A stretch of 64,000 nt of DNA from a virus (lineage: Duplodnaviria; Heunggongvirae; Uroviricota; Caudoviricetes), in IMG/VR virus record IMGVR_UViG_3300031994_005355; one strand, given 5' to 3'. Made by a program: the position numbers and the translations under genes. Every line of letters begins with the position of its first letter. Within the stretch, counting starts at the first letter, position 1. Below the pieces are notes generated by a model that was given only the letters and a program-made list of their open reading frames with translations, made no database searches and had not been told where the DNA came from. Shown one piece after another: positions 48,183-57,100 of this stretch.

Positions 48183-48588
48183 AAAAGTTTTAATAAAAGA
48201 TGTTTATGATAAGCTACGTAAAGCATATGACGACTTGCAAGATGTAATTGAATTAGAGCTAAAAGACAGTGAAGACATTGTATCGTACTTAAAACGTGAA
48301 GAAGAGATTTATGAGACAATAATTACCTATCAAAGTATTATAGATAACTTTGATATCAACACTACTGTTGAGGAATATGAATATACTGTATCCACTTTAA
48401 AGAATGCACTAGAATGGAAACGTGATCAACTAAGGCGTTTACACAAATTCAAACAAGCCTATCATGATGACACAAACATACTTAACAGATATAATGAAGT
48501 ACGTGATGATGTGATAAAAATGGAAAATGCATTACAGCGCATATATAACTCAAATTATGTATCAATAAACACTACCACTGAAATATGA
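48175..48588 (+). CDS. helical partner protein, possible HEPN-like (RDQLRRLH = Rx6H)
   Basis: ATG overlaps upstream stop (ATGACTAA); weak HEPN-motif guess. Confidence 0.35.
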   Translation: MTKKVLIKDVYDKLRKAYDDLQDVIELELKDSEDIVSYLKREEEIYETIITYQSIIDNFDINTTVEEYEYTVSTLKNALEWKRDQLRRLHKFKQAYHDDTNILNRYNEVRDDVIKMENALQRIYNSNYVSINTTTEI

Positions 48589-48599
48589 AAAACCAACAT

Positions 48600-48624
48600 G
48601 GAAGCTGGGTCGGTTGATGCTTCC
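48600..48624 (+). promoter_or_regulatory. conserved hairpin motif copy 2 (6-bp stem ggaagc/gcttcc, loop TGGGTCGGTTGAT)
   Basis: See copy 1 at 4990; followed at ~48643-48690 by second hairpin ggggagacat...atgtctcccc. Confidence 0.45.
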
Positions 48625-48713
48625 GAAGCTCAAACTAATTCTGTAACCGGGGAGACATAATGTGATTACCCCGTCACTATAATGTCTCCCCACCTCCTTC
48701 AAAGGGTAGTAAA

Positions 48714-49325
48714 ATGGTAAATAATGAAGCAATAATTTATTCATACTTAAATCATAAGTTGATGGTAGATACTAAGATTAAAGAACTAAAAAATAATAAT
48801 ACTTTAATCCTTGATATAGATGAGGATAAAACTATTTTAAGTAAAAAAGATTTGTATGAATTAGTCGTAATGTTAAATGATAGAAAAATGACATTACCTA
48901 ATATAATCATCGAAACTAAAGATGATACTTATGTATGCAATGTACCTGAATTTATGTTCACAGACTTACGTCGTAAAGAGCCACGATATGCACTAGAAGC
49001 AGAAGTGATAGTGCACCCTAATGATAGTACAGATATTTTCAGTGGTACTGTATTCGACGTTTCTGATACAGGTATAGGTATAATACTAAAAAATACAAAT
49101 GCTTTTAATTACGTTAATAAACAATCATTTATAAGTATCTGGGATGACGAAAAGATGGTTTGTGTTGAAGGTATATGTAAATATTCACAAGAAAATACAA
49201 GCACTCAGATGCGTATAGGATTCCAAGTAATAAAAATTTCAGAAGAATTCTTGGACTTAGTTACTAAAGCTAAAGTGAATAATGTTCATCAACAAGATGA
49301 TGAACATCTTGTAGCACTATTTTAG
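48714..49325 (+). CDS. PilZ-domain protein (putative c-di-GMP receptor)
   Basis: RRKEPR (RxxxR) followed ~24 aa later by DVSDTGIGI (DxSxxG). Confidence 0.55.
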   Translation: MVNNEAIIYSYLNHKLMVDTKIKELKNNNTLILDIDEDKTILSKKDLYELVVMLNDRKMTLPNIIIETKDDTYVCNVPEFMFTDLRRKEPRYALEAEVIVHPNDSTDIFSGTVFDVSDTGIGIILKNTNAFNYVNKQSFISIWDDEKMVCVEGICKYSQENTSTQMRIGFQVIKISEEFLDLVTKAKVNNVHQQDDEHLVALF

Positions 49326-49415
49326 GTGAGTAATAAAATATAAGTCTTCACAACTTATAAGTTACTCTAGGAATTTTCAAGATGTAGCATATAAAATTGT
49401 GAAGATTGAAAGGAG

Positions 49416-49910
49416 ATGATGTATAATGAGGTCACACGGTACTACGAAATGTTAGCTAATTCAGCTATAATAAATCACAATACTAAACGTAATTATTTGA
49501 AACATAATAGCATTTGTAAATTTTGTGGGGCTAAAGCTACAACTATAGATCATATAATACCGTGTCAGGTATTTGAAATGACAATGGAGTTTGAAGAGGA
49601 TTTCAGAAGTGCCATACGTGACAAGTCTAATTGGCAACCTGCATGTAAAGCATGTAATAAACGTAAACGAGCTGCATTTACAATAAAAGATATCCCTACA
49701 TATTTATATAATAAATATAAAGATTGTATTGATAAGTATATTGCATTACGTAAACAAGTATTAGAAATTCAAAATTATAAATGTGCAGGTTGTGGTAAAG
49801 AAGTAACAGAAGATACTACAGTATTAAGATATAAACGTAACTATAATGGAGAACGTGATAACATTCATGGAATGATTGTCACATGTATAGAGCATGAGAC
49901 TAGAAACTAA
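49416..49910 (+). CDS. HNH endonuclease
   Basis: CKFCGAKATTIDHIIP...NWQPACKACNKRK. Confidence 0.65.
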   Translation: MMYNEVTRYYEMLANSAIINHNTKRNYLKHNSICKFCGAKATTIDHIIPCQVFEMTMEFEEDFRSAIRDKSNWQPACKACNKRKRAAFTIKDIPTYLYNKYKDCIDKYIALRKQVLEIQNYKCAGCGKEVTEDTTVLRYKRNYNGERDNIHGMIVTCIEHETRN

Positions 49911-50178
49911 TAAGAAATCTGATGTTTATACAAAAGTTTTAGAAACATCGAAAACGTATGGTGTTCTATTTATGCTTTATTGTTTTACAGCACCTTTAGT
50001 TGCTGTACCATGTGTTATCACCTTAAACTCTTTATGGAATTATTGTAATACACATGATATTAAACATGTAAACATATGTAGCAAATGGCTTCAATTTTGG
50101 TGTGTACTAGGAAGTGTATTCACAGCATGTGAAGCTCTATTATTAATGTTATGGATAATTACAATCACTACTTCATAG
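49894..50178 (+). CDS. small membrane protein
   Basis: ORF track; hydrophobic. Confidence 0.35.
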   Translation: MRLETNKKSDVYTKVLETSKTYGVLFMLYCFTAPLVAVPCVITLNSLWNYCNTHDIKHVNICSKWLQFWCVLGSVFTACEALLLMLWIITITTS

Positions 50179-50675
50179 TTGCCTTATGTGCCTCGATAGT
50201 AATACATACAGTAGCAATTCTTATGATTGTAAATCCAATCTCATTACCTGATCAAAAACTATCACATAAACCACAAGTAGTTGCTGATTCACAACCAATA
50301 TATGTGAAAGTTGCAGACCCAAAACCAGTATCATCTAATACAACATTATTAGATATGATAAGTGGTAATAACTTACGTACAGTTAGCAGTTCCCAAATAG
50401 AAATACCGGAAGGCTCTATTATCAAGTATGTCAGTGATAATAGTATTCCTACAGGTGAAATATATTTTGTTTGCAAACCACGTGAAACAGGTGTAATATA
50501 TGTATATGCACAACAACATTTATTTCCTGTATATTTTGATGGACTTACTAATTATGCTGGACCATATATTTTAGATAACACATCATTCTATTTTTATAAT
50601 GATAGAAATGATTTTCATATTACGGTGAAAACAGGTATAAAAGATGGACATAAGAATGACTATGTTACTTACTAG
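50151..50675 (+). CDS. membrane-anchored hypothetical protein
   Basis: ORF track; N-terminal TM. Confidence 0.4.
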   Translation: MDNYNHYFIVALCASIVIHTVAILMIVNPISLPDQKLSHKPQVVADSQPIYVKVADPKPVSSNTTLLDMISGNNLRTVSSSQIEIPEGSIIKYVSDNSIPTGEIYFVCKPRETGVIYVYAQQHLFPVYFDGLTNYAGPYILDNTSFYFYNDRNDFHITVKTGIKDGHKNDYVTY

Positions 50676-50812
50676 TGTACAGTTTCCAGATGGTTATACT
50701 AATACAAATAAAATAGCAAGTCACACAGATTTATTTATGTGGGTTATACTTGCTGCTATTGTGATTGGTTACCTAATAAATTCAATCTGGGAACCAAACG
50801 GGAGCACAAACA

Positions 50813-51331
50813 ATGATAATAAACAAAAGAAAGATAATAGTATCAATACTATGTCTACTAATGCTGATATCACTCCTAATGGTGCTATCAACAACGGTGA
50901 CAGCAGTAATGACACCAGAACTTCTAGGACAGAAAGTAACACTTCCAAAGGGGTGGACAACAACAATTGATACTAACGAATATGGAACATACCAACGTAT
51001 AACAGATAAAGAAGGTAACTTGAAATTAGCTTGTGCTGATACAGAAGCTTCTTCTATAAATAAGTTTCAAGATATAACAGCATCAATGTATAAACAGATG
51101 TGTGATGAATTTATAAATGATAATGATTATAAAGCATTCACATCCACTATAGATGAAGATGAAAAATGGTTCATGTATCAAGCATATATTGATATGAATG
51201 AAGGAGACAGACAAGTATTATCAGTTTATGCTAATAAAGATGATAATAAGTTATATGAGATTGTAGAAGTTAATCCAGACTTAGATACACAAAATCTAAA
51301 GCATAAAGTGATAAGTAAATTAACGCAATGA
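50813..51331 (+). CDS. secreted/membrane-anchored hypothetical protein
   Basis: ORF track; N-terminal signal/TM; GGGAG RBS; overlapping ORF 50644..50970 considered less likely. Confidence 0.4.
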   Translation: MIINKRKIIVSILCLLMLISLLMVLSTTVTAVMTPELLGQKVTLPKGWTTTIDTNEYGTYQRITDKEGNLKLACADTEASSINKFQDITASMYKQMCDEFINDNDYKAFTSTIDEDEKWFMYQAYIDMNEGDRQVLSVYANKDDNKLYEIVEVNPDLDTQNLKHKVISKLTQ

Positions 51332-51873
51332 GTTTACAAGAAATAGGTTGTCTGGTACTAACATTATTTGAGATATTTTTCTTTTACAGCATTTGGGATT
51401 TAGATACTTCGAAATACATATTTCAAGTGTGTAATACTGCACTTATTTGTGTAGCTATGTCCCTTGCTTTTGACAGTAATAATTTACTCATGTTAGTAAT
51501 ATCTTTAATACTTTTATTCTTCTTGCAATTTTTAGAGCATTACAATCCACCGCTCTATACAATTCCTGAACACATAAAAGTATGTGACATCGATAATGCA
51601 CCTATCTACGCAGACTACAACATAGTAGATTTCATGTACTTATTCGATGACTTCGACTCCCAACATAAGATATTTCTAAATACAAAAACAGTACATGGTG
51701 ATACTTTTATAATAACTATAAAGTTTGACCAATATGGTACTTGGAAACAATTAAAACTACATAATGAACAAACTAATAAAGTACAAAGTGTGATAACAAA
51801 TGTACAAGAGGAAAATCGGGAGTCATCCTCAAACTTATTTCAAGACTTCTTTGAAAGTCTATGTAACTATTAA
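51328..51873 (+). CDS. membrane protein
   Basis: ORF track; ATGA overlap. Confidence 0.4.
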   Translation: MSLQEIGCLVLTLFEIFFFYSIWDLDTSKYIFQVCNTALICVAMSLAFDSNNLLMLVISLILLFFLQFLEHYNPPLYTIPEHIKVCDIDNAPIYADYNIVDFMYLFDDFDSQHKIFLNTKTVHGDTFIITIKFDQYGTWKQLKLHNEQTNKVQSVITNVQEENRESSSNLFQDFFESLCNY

Positions 51874-51914
51874 CCAATTTCTAACTACATTTTATTTAAA
51901 GGAGAACGATTACT

Positions 51915-52394
51915 ATGTTAATGGTAAACATCCAGTTACTCACAGACCGTGATTATGCACGCGCTATTCCGGAAGAATATGTTATTAATGTAAAAGACGT
52001 ACAGATGACAAGAGTAGTTGTGCAGATTGCAAAGAAGCTGGCATCTGACACATCTAAGGTTTTCCACTTCAATACTGAGAAATTTGCGAAGACACATGAA
52101 GATGCAATTGAAGGTGAACTTTCTTATATGAAAGACCCGGATACTGGTCACATCGAATTAATTGCTTCTGCACCTATGTCTGAAATCACAACTGATATTC
52201 TCACTCCTATACTTGGACGTATGCGTCATCGTACAATCGTGATGGCGAGCAAGATGGAGTCTGAAAAGAATGCTAAGAAGCGTGCTACCAGGAATAAGAA
52301 TAAAGAGAATACAAATGAGTCTCTTGCAGAAACAAATGCTGCAGAAGAGATCGCAGAAGCCAACGCAGAGGAAAACACGGACGCAACTGAATAA
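51915..52394 (+). CDS. hypothetical protein with acidic tail
   Basis: ORF track; AAAGGAGAA RBS. Confidence 0.45.
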   Translation: MLMVNIQLLTDRDYARAIPEEYVINVKDVQMTRVVVQIAKKLASDTSKVFHFNTEKFAKTHEDAIEGELSYMKDPDTGHIELIASAPMSEITTDILTPILGRMRHRTIVMASKMESEKNAKKRATRNKNKENTNESLAETNAAEEIAEANAEENTDATE

Positions 52395-52428
52395 CTACTA
52401 TAAATATATCTCTAAAGGAGCCTAGGTT

Positions 52429-52830
52429 ATGTATTCAATAAACTTATCTTTATCAAAGAAACTAATGAACATTTTACCTGATAACTACATTGTAAATCTA
52501 AAACAGCTGAGTGAAAATATTGTACGTATACAGCTTGCTCATCAGAATACAAATGATAAGATGCGTATAGTACATTCGAATAGTAAGACATTCCGTGAAA
52601 AGCATCCATTTGCATATACAGCTGATGTCAGTCTTCCAATAACAGAAGACTCTGCTGACGATGAAGGAATATGCATTTCACATGCACAGAACTGGGGAGC
52701 AAAAACAGTTCTTAAAATAAATGCCGAACAGATATCAATCTCTGATTTCTTCTTCAAAGCAATTACTATTCTAGCTCAAGCTAACGGACTTGCAATAGAC
52801 ACTGAGCAAAAGGAGATACTGTACAAATGA
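52429..52830 (+). CDS. hypothetical protein
   Basis: ORF track; AAAGGAG RBS. Confidence 0.45.
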   Translation: MYSINLSLSKKLMNILPDNYIVNLKQLSENIVRIQLAHQNTNDKMRIVHSNSKTFREKHPFAYTADVSLPITEDSADDEGICISHAQNWGAKTVLKINAEQISISDFFFKAITILAQANGLAIDTEQKEILYK

Positions 52831-53291
52831 GAAGTCCAAATACAGAAGAAGCAAAGCATATCCGTAAACTAAGTCCTGGATTACGTAATCACGTAATTCC
52901 ATCTTTACAGATAGCAATAGTTGGAACACTATTATTGTTTGTACTTGTGTGGATATTATGTGCACTACTGAAGTACAACTTGGTCTACAGTTTAATGTTT
53001 TGGACACTATTTTTCATTATAGGTATTGTTGTGAATTTCTGTGCTTCAATGTCAGTTCTTCAGATACCTATATTAAGAGAATTACGACATGGTAAGTATA
53101 AGATAGAACAGTGTACAATTACAGAAATGTCTGAACAAGGTATAATACTTGAAGCTTCTGCAAAGAATAAGTTTGCAGTTACAAATCCATATTTCATAGG
53201 AATAAATCCTAATGATTTAAAAGTAAATGATACTAAAGTAATATATCTTGTGACGGACTCTGGCAAATCTGCTATTTTACCTACAGTTTAA
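52827..53291 (+). CDS. membrane protein
   Basis: ORF track; two TM helices. Confidence 0.45.
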   Translation: MRSPNTEEAKHIRKLSPGLRNHVIPSLQIAIVGTLLLFVLVWILCALLKYNLVYSLMFWTLFFIIGIVVNFCASMSVLQIPILRELRHGKYKIEQCTITEMSEQGIILEASAKNKFAVTNPYFIGINPNDLKVNDTKVIYLVTDSGKSAILPTV

Positions 53292-53298
53292 GTTTAAC

Positions 53299-53345
53299 GG
53301 ACTCGTATTTACACATCAAATGCGGGTCCGTTTTCCCGTAATAAA
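53299..53345 (+). terminator. terminator-like hairpin acggactcg...cgggtccgt + TTTT
   Basis: 9-bp stem, 17-nt loop, T tract. Confidence 0.4.
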
Positions 53346-53364
53346 ATAGTAGAAAGGAGTTTTT

Positions 53365-53700
53365 ATGAAAGGTGTAAGTATTACTTTTATAATTATATTT
53401 GCAATTGTAGTAATAGTTTTTTGGAAAACAGGTAGTTTTGGAAAAGCTGCCAAAGCTGGTATTGGTGGTTGGTGGAAAGGCTTAATAACAGGTTTAGTAT
53501 TTGGTATTTTAGGTTGTTTATTTGGTGGTAAGAATGGCGCCGCAATAGGTGCAATTATTGGAACTTTTCTAGGTCTCCTTATATCATTAAGGAAAGCAAA
53601 TAAGTTACCTAATACAAATCCTGATACTAAAGATATACAGATGCCACAGCAACCACAAACACCTCCACCACATGATCTAACACACTTAAATCTTAAGTAA
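53365..53700 (+). CDS. glycine-zipper small membrane protein (holin-like?)
   Basis: GxxxG-rich TM segments. Confidence 0.4.
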   Translation: MKGVSITFIIIFAIVVIVFWKTGSFGKAAKAGIGGWWKGLITGLVFGILGCLFGGKNGAAIGAIIGTFLGLLISLRKANKLPNTNPDTKDIQMPQQPQTPPPHDLTHLNLK

Positions 53701-54098
53701 TGGGATTATTTGAGAAAAAGAAACTTTATTCATACATAGATGTAGATGATTCTACACCTATACAAAAGTTAAAGGTTTTGGATCAGATACGTATTTTAAT
53801 TAAGCAATGGACAACTGATCCTGCAAACGAATTACGTAATGAAGATTATGCTACAAACGAATTACTTACAATGAAAGCAAACCTTCAAGATTATATCTAT
53901 AAAGCCACCGCTCCTATAAGAAGTGGTCAAAAGAAAAATGTCGTGGTAACTGTTGATGCAAAATTTAAACCTGTACTAAAGGAAGTGTTATGCTCATCTG
54001 AAATAGCTAATTACTACATAGTACAAGTTGCTGAACCAAAGATTGATTATGATGTACCATATGACATAATGGTTAAACTCATTGTACGTGAGACCTAG
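53700..54098 (+). CDS. hypothetical protein
   Basis: ORF track; TAG stop used. Confidence 0.45.
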   Translation: MGLFEKKKLYSYIDVDDSTPIQKLKVLDQIRILIKQWTTDPANELRNEDYATNELLTMKANLQDYIYKATAPIRSGQKKNVVVTVDAKFKPVLKEVLCSSEIANYYIVQVAEPKIDYDVPYDIMVKLIVRET

Positions 54099-54106
54099 GA
54101 GGGAAT

Positions 54107-57100
54107 ATGAAATTCAAACGTACTATATTAGGTATTCTCACTTTCTTAACATTTATGTCAGTATCAGCACCGATCCCAGTTCATGGTGCAGTTCTTGGTA
54201 GACAGAGTGAACCTAACGGACCAGGTGCAGAACTTGTTCTACCTAGTAGGACAACTACAGAACCTATCGAAATGACAGATAGTAATGGTGTTAAATATAA
54301 AGGTAACATGAAAATCGAGTTTCCTATGTACTACAGTACATTACCTGTAGTAACAGCACTTCACTCAGTAAATGCTGCTCTTGCAGAGGAAGCTGATGTT
54401 TATTATATACCTAGATTGGAAGACTTTCCTACCGACATGAAGGCTTTAGTTTCTAAAACTACATTAACAAATGGTGACACTGAAGCTTTTGCAGCTGTAT
54501 ATGATGGATGGTTTGATCAAGAAGTCGTCTATAATAACATTGTTGGTGGTGCCGGCAGAGATGAAGCTGTTACTGAAAAGGGTAAGAAGAAGGATGACGA
54601 GTCAGTCGCCAGATATCAAACCTCTAAGAAAGTATATTCAAAAAATGAAAATTCCCGTTTATTCCAGACACTTGGTTATGATTTAATTCTTTCTGAAGAG
54701 AATGCAATCATACAGAAGGAAAGCGGTTCATTAGTCGCAACTTATGTTCCTAAGTTTGCAAGATCATCAACGTTTGATAAACCTCTTACAACACAAACAG
54801 TTGTAATGGATTTATATAAGGCTCTTGGTGAGTATCAATATGATATCAAAATATTATTCTGTGAAGATACTACACTTAATTTAAAAACAGCACCTTTTAA
54901 TGGTATGATAAGCCAGCCTATAAATCGTGATGACTCTGGTGGTATAGACCCGAGATGGGGTAGAGCTTGGATTTGGTGTACTAGAACAAACCCTAAATTA
55001 TATTGGGATACCATACAAAAAGACCGTGTATTTGGTGGTACGAAAAATGTTAAAACAATGCACACTTATCCGGGTGAAGCACAATCTGTAACGTTTAATA
55101 AAACACAACAGTCAGACATGACACTAGGTGAGTTCTGTGCAGTAGCACGTGCTATGATGGAACTGTACGGTGAGCCTGTAATGACAGAAGTTGAACAGTT
55201 ACAGATGATACAGGTTTATGGTTTTTCTCTACCTACAAATCTAACACAGGAACAAAGTGATGCAGTTAGATATCTTGCAGCTAAAGGTATTATTGACCCT
55301 ACTAATGTTAACTTCAATAAGCGTGTACACTTTGATGATATAAGTGAATTACTTTTACGTATTGGAGATCCATCATCAAGACTTACTTTCAAAGAGTCTG
55401 GATATAATTATAATTCAATACTATTCAAGAATGGTTATGTGCCCGCAACTATTGAAGGTGTAGCAGATATTGAGGATACAGCAGAAGAAACTGATTTAAA
55501 TAACGATCCTTACTATGATTACTTTGTAGAGTCTATAGATGGATTTTCTAATTTCTTACTTATTGAAAATTCAGAAAAAGGCAAGCGTGGTGACGTAGTA
55601 TGTGACCGGATAGGTATTATAGATGATAATATAAACAATGAAACAACTATCTCTATAAATGGTATAGATTACCCTATCTTTGTAAATGAAGGTATTACAT
55701 CTGAAGGTTACTATCATTTCAAAATACTTAAAAGTAAATTTGATGATAGTATGAATAACTCGTCTAAGAAAATCACACAGTCCGAAATAATAGATGACCT
55801 GTATAATGAAGTAGTACAAGGTATAAAAAAGGATGTTGAAACAGGTACTGGTGCTGAAGATCCAGAAGATGGAGATGAAGATGATTCGGATGGCGGTGAA
55901 GATAGTAATACAGATGAAGAAGTTGAATCCAATTATCTGACATGTGATCGGTATTATACCACTAAAAGTAAAGTAACCCTTAAAGGTAGTGAAGGTTTTG
56001 CTACTGATATACAATGTGTAAAAGGACCCAGTACACCTACTTGTAAGATAGATGAAAAGAATGGTAAAATAACTATTACAAAAATGAAATCCACTGGTAT
56101 ATACACCTTTGATGTATTACGTGGTACTAAACATGAGACGTTAATTATTGAACGTACAAAACATAAAAATATAGATCCATCTACTGGTAAAGTATCTAGT
56201 TTATTTGCATACACTGCTGGTTCAACTGATGACCATAAGAAGAAAAATAAAATAAACAGTGTAGGTAATAATGTAATATTTAATAATGATAATAAAGACA
56301 TAGTATGTTATTTAGATAATGCTAGTGGCATACAACTTGAATCTGGTGATACTGAAAGTGTGAGTGTAGGTAGTGATAGTGTAACTTTTGCTAAGAATCA
56401 ACCTATAGTAAATGTTGTATTGGTTATGACTATGTCGGATGGTTCTAGTCGTCGTGTAACATTCAATGGGTTACCTACTAAGAAACCAAAGACACCTAAA
56501 AAATCATCACAAATAAAAATAGGATATTTACCTAGTGAATCTGGTCAAGTTGATAAAGAAGGTAAACCTATTTATAATGCCTATTCAGATGCTGTGCTAT
56601 GGCTAACACCTGCAACAGTTAGTGGTAATTCTAAAAAAGGTAAGACAGATAGTTCATCACAAGAAACTGTGGGTGGTCAAGATGTATCACTAAAGACAAT
56701 CGAAGCAGATCGTAAACATTCAAATTATTATACTATCGAAGCAGGTGGTGGTATTTACAAATTATTAGTAGGTACTGATCCAACAACTGCAGAACCTGTT
56801 TCAACTGCAGAAGTAAATGCTTCTGACGAGTCAATTAACTACTATGTAGCACGTTACAACTTAGATGGACAATACTTATCAGCATATAAATGGGATAATA
56901 AAAACTGTAAGGTTGTTAAAGGAACTCCTGAGTCAAAACCTTCACGTACTGACGTAATGAATAATTTACGTATAAGTGCACTATTAAAAGCAATACAATT
57001 ACTTGAAGAAACTAATGGCATATCGCGTGAAGAAGTAATAGATAAGTTATGTGAAGGTAAGGAAATGCCTGAGAAACAGCGTGCACAGTTTGATAAAATG

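Noticed and set aside
50644-50970. ORF 50644-50970 as a separate gene
   Set aside because: It overlaps 50813-51331 by about 157 nt in another frame and has a weak start context. It is probably spurious, or it has a much later start.
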